Translations under genes and position numbers: made by a program
Shown: one piece after another, positions 38,812 through 48,942 of the stretch
Layout: every line of letters begins with the position of its first letter
Numbering within the stretch: the first letter of the stretch is position 1
Notes under the pieces: generated by a model
What the model saw: only the letters and a program-made list of their open reading frames with translations
What the model was told of the DNA's origin: nothing
Databases searched by the model: none
NCBI GenBank assembly: GCA_049675585.1
Contig: JBAUAJ010000055.1
Location: 55,025 to 119,024 of the forward strand
Direction: 5' to 3'
DNA from: Thermoplasmata archaeon
Lineage (GTDB): Archaea > Thermoplasmatota > Thermoplasmata > Lutacidiplasmatales > UBA184
Length of the DNA stretch: 64,000 nt

Positions 38812-41745
38812 TTACGTGAAACGCACGGAGAGGTTCAGATTTGACCCGAAGACCACCGCGTAGCCATGGGTCGGTGCTGCAGTGTATCCAGTCACCGGCG
38901 GAATTCGAAAGGCATACGAGCCGTTCATCAGATCGACGACGATGGTCGAATAGACCGCGTTCCAGGTCAATCCATCGATGTGGATCGTCCACGAGGTCCC
39001 GCTCGGTAGGCCCGTTTCGGTGAATGCTACGAAGTATTCGAATCTGACTTGGATCGTAACGGCATGCAACAACAGCCCGGCGGATCCGATGCTACCGAAC
39101 GAGAGGCCCTTCGAGATAAAGTGAGTGGACAGGGCACCGACGGTGCCGATCGAGAAAGCGTAGGTTGCCGGCGTAAGATGTGGAAATGAGACCCGGCCAG
39201 TGGTCGAACAACTAAATGAGATTAGGGAAACACACCAGCGAGTCCCTCGCCCAAGACCATGCTCGTGGAAGGTGAGAGTGTACGTCGCTCCGCGGACGAA
39301 CGGGATCGTCTCGCCCACGGCGCCTCCGGCGACGGTCAGCGAGCCGAAGGGGTAGGCTCGGGAGACTCGATATCCGCCTTCGCTCTGAATCAGGTAAGGA
39401 TAGGTTCCGTTCGGAACGGCCATGGCGATGGTGGGCGAGCTCGATATCTGCTCCGTTCCGTCGAACCACACCGCCCAGCTCTTGGAGGGCGGCAAGTTGA
39501 ATTCTTCGAAGCTTACAAGATAGGTCGGTGGAGCCGAAAGGATCGAGAGGGTCCCTTGGTAAGTGTTGGAAACGTAGATGACCCCCGAATTGCCATCGCA
39601 CGCCACACCCTCCGGGGACTCCCCGACAGTGATCGATTCTACGACTGTGTCGTTATGAGTGGAAATCACGTCGGCGCTACCCGAGGCAGAATTAGCCACG
39701 ATGATGGATCCTCCGAGGCTATCGTAGGCGATCGCATCGGGGAAATCCCCCACGGAGATTGTCGCTATCACCGCATCCCGCGGGCCGCACGGAAGACTGC
39801 CATCACAAATCACGCTCACCGAATCGCCGACGAAATTCGCGACGAACAGTTCGCCCTGCGCAGGGTCGTAGGTCAGGCTGGAGGGCTGGCCTCCCACCGA
39901 GACGCTGCCGAGAACATCGAGCGTGACTGCCGAGATCACCTGCACACTCTCCGAGTACGGACTCGTCACGAAGAGTTCGTTCGTTCCGCTATCGAAAGCG
40001 ATTGCGTCCGAGCCGCCCTCTACGGGGATAGTCGCAAGGAGCGAGTCGGTGGAGTCAGAGAACACCAGGACACTACCCGGGCCTATCGAATTGCCCTCGG
40101 CTACCACGTATATTTCACCCAGCGCGGGATTCATCGCCACTCCGAACGGGGCGATTCCCGCGGGAAGTGACCGAACCACGGAATCATCGGCCAGGGAGAT
40201 CACACTTAGGTTGTTGGAGTAGGTATTCGTGACGAATGCCTGGTCGGTTCGACTATCGAAGACCGCCTCGTTGGGGGAGATTCCGACGGGGATCGTGGCG
40301 ACTATGAGGTCAGTGGAATCCGAGACAACGTACACCTGGTTGAGATAACCATCGGTAACGATCAGATCCCCCATCGCGCTCGCCAGGGCCACGCCGGAGG
40401 GCCCGGGGCCGGTCTGGACGGCCGCTACCGCAAGAAACGTAGTGTCGGAGATCGCCACCACGGAATCGGAGCCGTAGTTTGGAAAGAACACTTCGGAATG
40501 TCCCGGGACATAGGTCGCCCAAAACGGCGTACTTCCCCCCGTGGAAACATTTGCTACGGCGGTATTGTTTCCCGTCGCGATGACGGTCGTGGTGTTCGAG
40601 TTGCCGTCGGCAACGAACACTTCGGCGGTCGACGGATCGTAGACCGCCGCTAGGGGTTCCCCTCCGGCACGCAGAGTCGTGATCAAATGACCATTTGAGT
40701 CATCAACGACCTGGAGTCCGAATTCACCCGGTACGAATAGCTCGCCCGCGGCACGATCGTAGGCAATCTCTCCGTCGTATCCCAGTCCGTAGATATTGTA
40801 GTTCGAGACCACGATCAGATTCGTTGCATCATCGATTGCCTCGAGAACGAATCCCCCGATCAGATTGGTGCTCGCGATAACCCAGACCTCGGCGCGCGCC
40901 GGGTCATACACGGGCGCGTTAGTGAATGGATCAAGTCCTTCCGAGGCGATTACCGAGGAGACGATCGAATCGGTAGCAGCCGAGATTACGGATACGTATG
41001 ACCCCGATCCAGTGACGAAGACCTCGTTCAGGGCGGTATCGACAGCGAGCCCCGAAGGCCGGTATCCGAGCGGTATCTGGGCGACGATCGTATCGCTCGT
41101 GTCATTGACAACACTGACGTTTCCGGTATGCGTGGGAACGCCGAGAGGAAGCACCGATCCGATGGCGACGAACACTTCCCCGGATTCATTGTCGTACGCA
41201 ACAGCGGTTGCCGGGCCCGATACTGGGATTTCGGTTAACACCCTCCCTGTCGTGACCGAAGCGACCAACACAAAGTCTGATTGGGTTGCGATGAACAGCT
41301 CGTCCTGACCGGAATCGTACGCGGTCGAGTCGGGCGCCACTCCGTCGGCTGCCGGATAATTTCCGGGAAGAAGGGTGTTGTTTCCGATTACCAGCGTCTT
41401 TCGCACCGAGGTCAGCGGCCGCGAATGTCCGGGTAGATCAAGGGATGCCGGTCCTTCCGGCAATCGTCCAGTCGACCCGCGCTCAGAGGCAGCCGGGACG
41501 GTCACGTGATCTGTTTCAGACTGACGGGTCGGGGACACGCCTACCGGCCGAGACATGCCTGAGTCGCGCCCAGAGCTGCCGGTGGAGCTGACGAAATTTC
41601 CAGAGGTAAGAAGTACCGCCAGTAGGCACAGGATCACGACACCCTCAATGCCCGGGAGGCCACGCCTCAAGGTCAGCAGACTCCTGTCGCCATTCGGGTA
41701 ATGTCTCCACGCTCTTACGCGCATCGGTAGAGGCTGTAGCGGCAA
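38812..41745 (-). CDS. large surface protein with YVTN-family beta-propeller repeats and C-terminal thermopsin-like GLPxGTxW repeats
   Basis: More than 12 repeats of ...GxxPxGxAYDxxxGEhFVxNxxSxxVSVI.... C-terminal repeats YLVSFEEFNLPPSKSWAV..., FVAFTETGLPSGTSWTI.... N-terminal hydrophobic signal; exact start uncertain. Confidence 0.7.
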   Translation of the reverse strand: MPLQPLPMRVRAWRHYPNGDRSLLTLRRGLPGIEGVVILCLLAVLLTSGNFVSSTGSSGRDSGMSRPVGVSPTRQSETDHVTVPAASERGSTGRLPEGPASLDLPGHSRPLTSVRKTLVIGNNTLLPGNYPAADGVAPDSTAYDSGQDELFIATQSDFVLVASVTTGRVLTEIPVSGPATAVAYDNESGEVFVAIGSVLPLGVPTHTGNVSVVNDTSDTIVAQIPLGYRPSGLAVDTALNEVFVTGSGSYVSVISAATDSIVSSVIASEGLDPFTNAPVYDPARAEVWVIASTNLIGGFVLEAIDDATNLIVVSNYNIYGLGYDGEIAYDRAAGELFVPGEFGLQVVDDSNGHLITTLRAGGEPLAAVYDPSTAEVFVADGNSNTTTVIATGNNTAVANVSTGGSTPFWATYVPGHSEVFFPNYGSDSVVAISDTTFLAVAAVQTGPGPSGVALASAMGDLIVTDGYLNQVYVVSDSTDLIVATIPVGISPNEAVFDSRTDQAFVTNTYSNNLSVISLADDSVVRSLPAGIAPFGVAMNPALGEIYVVAEGNSIGPGSVLVFSDSTDSLLATIPVEGGSDAIAFDSGTNELFVTSPYSESVQVISAVTLDVLGSVSVGGQPSSLTYDPAQGELFVANFVGDSVSVICDGSLPCGPRDAVIATISVGDFPDAIAYDSLGGSIIVANSASGSADVISTHNDTVVESITVGESPEGVACDGNSGVIYVSNTYQGTLSILSAPPTYLVSFEEFNLPPSKSWAVWFDGTEQISSSPTIAMAVPNGTYPYLIQSEGGYRVSRAYPFGSLTVAGGAVGETIPFVRGATYTLTFHEHGLGRGTRWCVSLISFSCSTTGRVSFPHLTPATYAFSIGTVGALSTHFISKGLSFGSIGSAGLLLHAVTIQVRFEYFVAFTETGLPSGTSWTIHIDGLTWNAVYSTIVVDLMNGSYAFRIPPVTGYTAAPTHGYAVVFGSNLNLSVRFT

Positions 41746-41941
41746 CCATAGCCACCCATTACTGCGGAATCGCTAGAGAGATCGTCGCGTAACTGATCGT
41801 CGGCCGGTCTCAATGCCCTGCATTCGGAGGCCTCTGCGGCCCGTCTGCCCAAGTTACATCGCGAACCGTTGCATCGCTCCTCAACCAGTTGAGCCCGTCG
41901 GGGGGCCCTCCCCTCTCTTCCAGCGAAAATTCTGTCGCGAG

Positions 41942-42484
41942 TCACCCCGCCCGCTTCGGCCGAGCCGGTCTCTTCGTCGTCGATTCTTTCGGAGGCGAGT
42001 ACTTCTCGGTCCAGGTATCCGATAGGTCGTCCCGACGGGGCTTATAAACCGACTCGTAGAAACGAGGGCCGGACTCTAGAACAGATCGATCGAATTCGCG
42101 AAGGATCCTGGTAGCTTCTTCCCACGCCGCAAGGAAATTGGCTTGCGTGCCGAATCGTGATTTTACATCCCGCTCGAACCGGTCTGGGGTCTGAATCTGA
42201 TCACCGATCGTGAACAACGGATCTCCGCCTCCGGGAACCCTCTGAGCCTCGTCACTTCCGAGCCGGAAGTACTCGAGAGCGCGGGCTCGCTCGGGTTCCG
42301 TGGGCTGGCCCGCTTCCCGGCTCGGGCCCTCGGAGAACCCCCGCTTCGCTGCCGCATAGAAGATTGCCCGATTTAGCCCCCATGAATACGCAGACGACTC
42401 GCTAAGTCCGAGGAGCCGCGCACGGGCGGCCTGTAGCGTCGCCATCACAACGAAGCGTGTGACTCTTCCCGCGTTCCGGACCAT
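41942..42484 (-). CDS. hypothetical protein
   Basis: 180-aa ORF with balanced composition. No recognisable motif. Confidence 0.3.
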   Translation of the reverse strand: MVRNAGRVTRFVVMATLQAARARLLGLSESSAYSWGLNRAIFYAAAKRGFSEGPSREAGQPTEPERARALEYFRLGSDEAQRVPGGGDPLFTIGDQIQTPDRFERDVKSRFGTQANFLAAWEEATRILREFDRSVLESGPRFYESVYKPRRDDLSDTWTEKYSPPKESTTKRPARPKRAG

Positions 42485-42549
42485 GACGAGTCCCCTGCCC
42501 GAGGGCCAGATCCGACGGTATCCGGCCCTCGGACCTGTCGGGTCCGCTC

Positions 42550-42954
42550 TTACATCCCCGCGGCGGGCTGCCAGAGCATGAGCAGATTTCCTTCCGTGTC
42601 CTTAAAGAACGCCGCGGCTCCAAACGGCTCGAACGCGATCGGCCCCTCGATTCGGGTCTCGCTGTTCATCCGCTCGGGGCGAGTGAACTTGACCCGGCTG
42701 CGGGCCAGTTGCTTCACCGTCGATCGAATGTTCTTGACCACGAGGGTCGTGTAGGCCAACGTACGCTTCTCGTGCTTCGAAGGGGAAATCAACCAAATCT
42801 CGGAACCGCCGAGTTGCAGGGAGGCCCAAAAATTCCTCATGGAACCTGTGCCCCGGAAGCTGAGCTTAGCGCCCAGAGTCTTTGTGTAAAATCGAATCCC
42901 TCGGGTCATGTTTCGAATTGGAATCAATGTCGCCAACTGTGTCTTCATCGCCAT
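42550..42954 (-). CDS. VOC/glyoxalase family protein
   Basis: IRFYTKTLGAKLSF...EPFGAAAFFKDTEGNLLML. Confidence 0.55.
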   Translation of the reverse strand: MAMKTQLATLIPIRNMTRGIRFYTKTLGAKLSFRGTGSMRNFWASLQLGGSEIWLISPSKHEKRTLAYTTLVVKNIRSTVKQLARSRVKFTRPERMNSETRIEGPIAFEPFGAAAFFKDTEGNLLMLWQPAAGM

Positions 42955-43102
42955 CGTTGTTACCTCAGCCTTTCCCTCTCGGGACTCTGCCTAGTTGGCA
43001 GGTCGATTTGAACCTGCCTACTCGGATGTTTCTGTTGCCGCGGTGGGAATCTCAACTCCACGACCGCGTACCGTTGCACGTTGGGACGTCTGCTCTTAGT
43101 GG

Positions 43103-43120
43103 GTTCAACCCAGTTTGAAC
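43103..43120. repeat. motif instance GTTCAAC-ccag-TTTGAAC
   Basis: Intergenic between the VOC gene and the small membrane protein gene. Confidence 0.4.
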
Positions 43121-43189
43121 ACAATCGGACCGAGCCGACCTCGGTCGTTCCGGACGCCCCCGAGGTCCCGACGTAAGGCGCCTTCCCCG

Positions 43190-43624
43190 TTACTCGAATT
43201 CGTAGAGGAGCCCGCGGTCGGCCGCTGGCTGCCCCTGATGCACGAGCCACCAGTATGAGACAGATCCGATCCCAGCCATCAACCCCCCGAAGGTACATCC
43301 GAAGATCAGTAGAGTGCCGGGCACTCCGTTCGCCAGAACAACTGTCACGCCCGCAATCAACACACCCGCGACAATCATTCCGATCGATCCGAGTTTACGA
43401 TGAGCCAATGCATCTGACGCAGGTAGAAGGGGCTCCTCGAAACGCGTCGAGGGGATCCCACGCGACGCTGAGAAGCGGCCTCGATGTGTCGGGTCCATCT
43501 CCCAGGCGCGGGCGGAATGGGGGTCGTTGACGTCGCTGCGTTCCGGATTTTCGAGTGCGGCCTTCCGGGCCCGCTCGAACTGTTGAAGGTGCTCGGGGGG
43601 GACATCCTTGTCGTCGCGGTTCAT
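43190..43624 (-). CDS. small membrane protein (2 C-terminal TM), hypothetical
   Basis: Start at internal MNRDDKD. C-terminal helices GMIVAGVLIAGVTVVLA and LLIFGCTFGGLMAGIGSV. Confidence 0.35.
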   Translation of the reverse strand: MNRDDKDVPPEHLQQFERARKAALENPERSDVNDPHSARAWEMDPTHRGRFSASRGIPSTRFEEPLLPASDALAHRKLGSIGMIVAGVLIAGVTVVLANGVPGTLLIFGCTFGGLMAGIGSVSYWWLVHQGQPAADRGLLYEFE

Positions 43625-43780
43625 CGGCCGAGAGGCTCCGCGCCTCGGACGAGGGAATCGACGCGGCATAGATACATTGTCGCAGGGGACGGCTCCGCCG
43701 GAATCGCCGCGGAGGGTGCGCTGCAAATCGGGAGGAGGGCGACGCCGAGCTTTGGTTAGGTCCGTCCCTCCCGTGCGCCC

Positions 43781-44689
43781 TCAGGTAAACAGGTCCTCGA
43801 GCGGGTTGTCCATCTCCCGCACTTCCCGAAGCTTTACGCCTTGGGACTCGAGTTCCCGAATGAGCGTAGGGACCTCCGCGGGGCCGGGGAGTTCTCGAAG
43901 GTAGTAGTCTCCTTGGCGCCGCAGGCCCTCCAGCGCCGGATGGGGTTCGATTACTCGGAGGCCTACAAGATAGCGCGTACCCCGTACATTTTCGATCCGA
44001 TCGAACATGGAGATGCGCCCCGCTTTGATCGCGATCACGAATCGACCGATCTCTCGCGCTTCGAACAGATTGTGAGACGAGTATAGGACGACCTTCTCCT
44101 GACTTAACGCGAGCACGAGAGTTCGGATCTCGCGGGCCAGTTTTGGGTCGAGGTTGGCGGTCGGTTCGTCCAGCAGATAGATGTCCCTCGGGCGGAGGAA
44201 AACGCGCGCGATCGAGACGCGCTTCTTCTGACCGGCACTCAACTGCGCGAGATAGCTCGCACTCAGGTCGCGGATCCCGAGCAGGTCCAGGACCCGTTCT
44301 ACGTCAGAAGCGTCCGCGCGTTCAACCCGCGCGTAGTACTCGAGCGCCTCCCGAACGCGCAGTCCATCGGGAATCCCGTCCATGTGGGAGATGTAGTGCA
44401 GACGGTTCCGCGAAATCTGGCGTTCGATCGAGGTCCCCCCGATGAGCACTTCCCCCTGAGTTGGCCGAAGGATCCCCGCCAGCGTTCGGAACAGCGTCGT
44501 CTTACCGGCCCCGTTCGGGCCGAGCACGACATAGATGCCGGGCTCCTCGATCGCGAACGAGACGTCCTGCAGCACCTTCTTTCCGAGATACCCGGATGTC
44601 ACGGAGCGGCAAGCAACGCCCGATCCCTTCGCCGATGTCACCGCTCCCCCAAGCGCGGCGGACTCGGATCGGGGTGCGCTCATCTTCAA
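43781..44689 (-). CDS. ABC transporter ATP-binding protein
   Basis: Walker A GPNGAGKTT, signature LSAGQKKRVSIA, Walker B IYLLDEPTANLD. Confidence 0.8.
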   Translation of the reverse strand: MKMSAPRSESAALGGAVTSAKGSGVACRSVTSGYLGKKVLQDVSFAIEEPGIYVVLGPNGAGKTTLFRTLAGILRPTQGEVLIGGTSIERQISRNRLHYISHMDGIPDGLRVREALEYYARVERADASDVERVLDLLGIRDLSASYLAQLSAGQKKRVSIARVFLRPRDIYLLDEPTANLDPKLAREIRTLVLALSQEKVVLYSSHNLFEAREIGRFVIAIKAGRISMFDRIENVRGTRYLVGLRVIEPHPALEGLRRQGDYYLRELPGPAEVPTLIRELESQGVKLREVREMDNPLEDLFT

Positions 44690-45397
44690 TTACGCCTGGG
44701 AAAGCAGCCTCTCGGAAGGCAGAAGTCGGCCGATGGAGGTCAGTAGCGCGAGAGTCAGCGCCGTGAGGAACACCACGGCACCGACGACGACGTAGAGCGC
44801 ATTCGCCCCGACCGTCTCGGCGATCGAAAGAGTAAGGATCGAAGGTGCGATTCCCACGATCGGAAGGAGGCCGACCGACCCCGTCATTCCGGATCGGGGC
44901 GAGGAGAGGGACGTCCAGAACATGCCCACCATGGCCGCAAATGCCACGGACGCGAAGCTCATGGGAAGGGAGTACACTACGAGAAGCTCGATGCCGTAGG
45001 TGCTGGGGGCCGCTCCGATCGATACCGACAACCCCACCACATCGATCATCGTAACGCCGAGGATTATCGCGGCCATCGCGACGCAGGCAAGCAGCACGTT
45101 CGAGAAGATTCGGCGCGGCGAGATGCCGTAGGCGATCAGATACTCGAATACTCCCTTCAATCGATCGTTCGTGAACACCATCATCCCCCCCATCGAGCCG
45201 ACGACGGCAAAGATCGGCAGGAAAAGGTCCACGCCCGCCAAGAAGTTCACACCGGAGGTGGCGCGAAGTACCACGGACAGGAAAACGATGTAGCCAGTCC
45301 CGATCACCAGGTAGATTCGACCGACGACGATCGAACGGCGAATGTTATCCCGGAGCAGCGACGGGGGGCTTTCGTCGACTCCGACCGGTCGATTCAC
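44690..45397 (-). CDS. ABC-2 type transporter permease
   Basis: 235 aa with six TM helices. Immediately upstream of the ATPase on the same strand. Confidence 0.6.
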   Translation of the reverse strand: MNRPVGVDESPPSLLRDNIRRSIVVGRIYLVIGTGYIVFLSVVLRATSGVNFLAGVDLFLPIFAVVGSMGGMMVFTNDRLKGVFEYLIAYGISPRRIFSNVLLACVAMAAIILGVTMIDVVGLSVSIGAAPSTYGIELLVVYSLPMSFASVAFAAMVGMFWTSLSSPRSGMTGSVGLLPIVGIAPSILTLSIAETVGANALYVVVGAVVFLTALTLALLTSIGRLLPSERLLSQA

Positions 45398-45728
45398 ACG
45401 GAATCCAGCTCGAACCTCCCGATAAGTCTCGCGGCGGCCCAGGCACTACTGGACTCCCGCCCCGACCTCCCCAAGGCTTCGAAGTGGGTCCGTCGAGAGC
45501 GCGACCGGATCTGGTTTCAGTAGAGTTTGAACCGGGCGACTCCAGGACCCTGTGTCCCTGCGGAGCCACGGACTCGGCCCTCGGCGGTGTGCCCACCACC
45601 GTGTCACCGCGGCCACACTATCGCTCACAGGCTCCGTTCAGAAGAGCGAACCCTATCCCGCTCGCAGGAACGAAGGCTTTGGAAAAAAAAGTGAACGCAC
45701 TCGTCGGAATCCGTTCCCATCTCGTCAA

Positions 45729-48700
45729 TCAGGCCGAGTCCGTGAACTGTCCCGCCGTGAGGATGTATCCGGCCGAATCGCCTTCGAAGATGTCCACGTA
45801 GTACGACCCGGGGGCGTCGGGCCCAAAGAATGCGAGTCCACTGACGCTGCCGTTGTCGTCCGCTGTGAACTCGGTGGCGTACAGTCCATGGTATCCGTCC
45901 CCTTGCGTGAAGTCCAGGTAAACGACGTACCCGACTCCCGGCGCCAGTCCGGTCACCGATAGATTGACGATGGTGTCGTTCGGGCCCGAGGTGGGACTGA
46001 TCATCCCGATCGGCGTCGTCACCTCGAACGGAGTGGTCGCGTTGGCGGCGTACGAATTGTTGGCCGCCGAATCGAAGAGGTCCACGTAGTACGTCCCCTC
46101 CGAGGTGTTGGAGGATACGTTGAACGTCCCGAAGAAGCTCCCGTTGATGTCGGACGTAAGCCGGTCGACGACGGGGCCGGAAGAGTACCATACTCCCGGG
46201 GCCGTGTCGAGCTCGAGTGCATACTCCGTCCTCGGCACGAGTCCGGTGGCCCGCAGAAAGACCATCGTGTTCGGAGGGCCAGAGAGAGAGGGTAAGCCCG
46301 AGTCCAGGGAGATCTCCAGGCTCGGCGCCGTCAGTGTGAACTGGTTCGTGGCCGTCGCCGCGTACGAAAAGTTGTCCGCCGCATCAAAGAGGTCGACGAA
46401 ATACTTGCCGGCGGGGTCGCCGAATGGGGCTGTGAAATTCCCTTCGTAGCTCCCGTTCGGATCCGACATGAAGAGGGTGAACCCGTACGAGGCTGATTCT
46501 ACTCCGCGGACTGGATCTACCTCGACGGAGTACATCGTGTTTGGAAGGAGGCCGGACGCCAGCAAGTAGACGTCGGTGCCGGACGGGCCCGAAGACGGGT
46601 AGATCTCCGCGTACGCGGTCGTCACCGTGAACTGTTCCGACGCGGTGACGAGGTACGTGCCGTTCGAGAATTGCAGGTCGACGTAGTAAGTCCCGGCCGG
46701 TATGTCGGAAGGCACATTCATCGTCCCACTGTAGTTCCCGTGCGCGTCGGTGGGAAGAGCCCACACGAAGGAGAAGTCCACCACCCCCTTCGTCGTGTCG
46801 AAGGCGACCGGGTATAGCGACGTCGGCCGGAGACCCGTCGCCTGAAGCGTTACGCCCGTGCCGACCGGGCCCGAGGTGGGAGTAATCGTCACGTTCGGTG
46901 AGGTGACCGTGAAGATTCCCGCGGAGGCGACGAACCCCTGGGATCCGTAGACGCCCACGATATAGCGCACGTCCGTGGGTTGGAGCGGAACGCCGGTCAA
47001 CGGGAACTTCCCCGTAAAGTTCCCGTTCACATCCGTCGTGAACGTCCTCTCGGTGTAGACAAGGAATGTGGCCGTCGATGTGAAGTTTAGGGTGTACGAC
47101 GTGCTGGGAATCAGACCGTTCGCCGAAATCGTGATCGAGCTGTTGACCGGGCCAGAGGTCGGGCTGAGCGACACATTCCCCGCTCCCAGGGTGAAGTTCG
47201 TCCTCGCGGTGTCCCCTTCTCCACCTACCACACTTCCTACTGCGGTGATGGTGTACGGACCGAAATGTGGCGCTGAACCGACCTCGAAAGTGCAACCGCC
47301 AGTGACCTTTCCGTCGAGCAGCTCGCACGGAACGAGATCTTGTACGATGGCGCCGCTGACACCGAGGGACGAATCCGCCGCGGAAAAGCCGCTACCGGAA
47401 ATGGTCACGATATCCCCGACGACCCCCTCCGCGGGGAACAGGGTGATCGTCGGTTCTCGTACAAAGAACGAGGTCGAGGTCGTGTCTCCGGGCCCACCTA
47501 CCACGTTCCCTTTCGCGGTAATCTCGTACGATCCGTTTTCCACGGACGCCACGACAAATCTGCAACCCGTCGAGATCACACCGTCGCTGACGGGGCAGTG
47601 GATGGTGCCGAGTACATCCCCTGTGATAGTCACGGACGTGTCGGTCACGGAGAAGTTGTATCCCGAGACGGTCACGGAGTCTCCCACGACCCCCGCGTTG
47701 GGCGCGAGCGACAGAGTCGGCTCCGTCAGTACAAAGAGAGTCGTCGCCGTGTCTCCCGCCCCGCCCACGACGTTGCCGATTGCGGTGATCGTGTACGGCC
47801 CAGGGACAATCAACTCGGCCACGAAGGCGCACGGTCCAGTAATCGTCCCCGCCGTGAGCGCGCAGGCCATCGGGGCTGGTAAAACCGGGCTGTCGACGGA
47901 CACTGACACATCGGAAAGAGAAAACCCGCGCCCGCCGACGGTGATCGTATCTCCAGAAATCCCTGTTCCTGGCGAAGCCGTGATCGACGGAGACGTGAGG
48001 GTGAATGTTGCGGCCCCCGTGTCCAAAACGCCTCCCAGTGTTCCGATACCTGTTACAACGTACGGTCCCGGTGCCGCGGACCCGACCACGAAATCGCAAA
48101 CGCCGGTGATCCCGCCGACTACCAGGGAGCATACGAGCGGGATGGAGAGAATCGCTCCGGCAATCGAAACGGAGGAATCGGATGGAACGAACCCGCTACC
48201 GGTCACGGAAACAGTGTCTCCCGCTACCCCGGTCGAGGGGGTGAGCGCAAGAGAAGGAGATGTCGAAGTGACGCGAAACGAAGCGGAGGCGGTGTGGCCC
48301 TGCAGATCCGTCGCTTTGACGGTGGTCCCGCTGGTTCCGAGAGGGACCAGGAAGGAACAGCTGAACGCCCCCAAAGAATCCGTCGTGAGCGATCCACTTC
48401 GGCAGACGGTGATCGCCACCGAATCAAAGATCAGCGATTCCAATCCCGCGGATGCGGAGAAACCCGATCCTGAGACCACGACGAAGGTTCCCACGGGGCC
48501 ACTCGTCGGGGTCACGTTCAGAGAGGGTGATGCCGGATTCCCCGCTCCCCCAAAGTGAATGATCCCGAGGGCTGCCAGTCCACCGACCACCGCGAGGGCC
48601 TCGACCGCGATTACGACTCCGGCCACGACGGCCGGGGCCACCGCGAGACGCGATCGGCGGATCGAGCGGCAGCGGCCCGCGCGTCGCACCACCTTTGGCG

Positions 48701-48830
48701 CAGGGCCTCCGCCGCCTTCAAGCCTTCGGAATTTCGAGTCTGCGCCTCGAGTGCGTGATACGCCTTCCTCGAACGGCGGCGACCCTGATTTTGTTCGTTT
48801 CGACGACCGCTGCGATTCTCCTGGGTTCAA
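45729..48830 (-). CDS. giant (about 1000 aa) cell-surface protein with tandem IPT/TIG-like Ig-fold repeats and a second series of about 90-aa repeats
   Basis: N-terminal hydrophobic anchor/signal (LAVAPAVVAGVVIAVEALAVVGG). At least 5 repeats P..G..GD.VTVSG.GF.......V....L....C......C.F. Later repeats T..P.SGP.GT.V.L.A.GL.P...Y..E.D.. Many sequons. TTG/GTG start uncertain. Confidence 0.65.
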   Translation of the reverse strand: MNPGESQRSSKRTKSGSPPFEEGVSRTRGADSKFRRLEGGGGPAPKVVRRAGRCRSIRRSRLAVAPAVVAGVVIAVEALAVVGGLAALGIIHFGGAGNPASPSLNVTPTSGPVGTFVVVSGSGFSASAGLESLIFDSVAITVCRSGSLTTDSLGAFSCSFLVPLGTSGTTVKATDLQGHTASASFRVTSTSPSLALTPSTGVAGDTVSVTGSGFVPSDSSVSIAGAILSIPLVCSLVVGGITGVCDFVVGSAAPGPYVVTGIGTLGGVLDTGAATFTLTSPSITASPGTGISGDTITVGGRGFSLSDVSVSVDSPVLPAPMACALTAGTITGPCAFVAELIVPGPYTITAIGNVVGGAGDTATTLFVLTEPTLSLAPNAGVVGDSVTVSGYNFSVTDTSVTITGDVLGTIHCPVSDGVISTGCRFVVASVENGSYEITAKGNVVGGPGDTTSTSFFVREPTITLFPAEGVVGDIVTISGSGFSAADSSLGVSGAIVQDLVPCELLDGKVTGGCTFEVGSAPHFGPYTITAVGSVVGGEGDTARTNFTLGAGNVSLSPTSGPVNSSITISANGLIPSTSYTLNFTSTATFLVYTERTFTTDVNGNFTGKFPLTGVPLQPTDVRYIVGVYGSQGFVASAGIFTVTSPNVTITPTSGPVGTGVTLQATGLRPTSLYPVAFDTTKGVVDFSFVWALPTDAHGNYSGTMNVPSDIPAGTYYVDLQFSNGTYLVTASEQFTVTTAYAEIYPSSGPSGTDVYLLASGLLPNTMYSVEVDPVRGVESASYGFTLFMSDPNGSYEGNFTAPFGDPAGKYFVDLFDAADNFSYAATATNQFTLTAPSLEISLDSGLPSLSGPPNTMVFLRATGLVPRTEYALELDTAPGVWYSSGPVVDRLTSDINGSFFGTFNVSSNTSEGTYYVDLFDSAANNSYAANATTPFEVTTPIGMISPTSGPNDTIVNLSVTGLAPGVGYVVYLDFTQGDGYHGLYATEFTADDNGSVSGLAFFGPDAPGSYYVDIFEGDSAGYILTAGQFTDSA

Positions 48831-48842
48831 TACAAGTTGAGC
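48825..48842. repeat. island inverted-repeat motif GTTCAAT-acaa-GTTGAGC
   Basis: Overlaps the annotated TTG start / promoter region of the giant surface protein and lies downstream of abiEii. Confidence 0.5.
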
Positions 48843-48942
48843 GTAACGAACGCATCGGATCTCCGTGGTACTCCCTCCCTCTGGATGGGTGAATTTCTCG
48901 GGGGGCCGACGCCCCGGCCCCGAAATCGTCCCGACCGCACGT

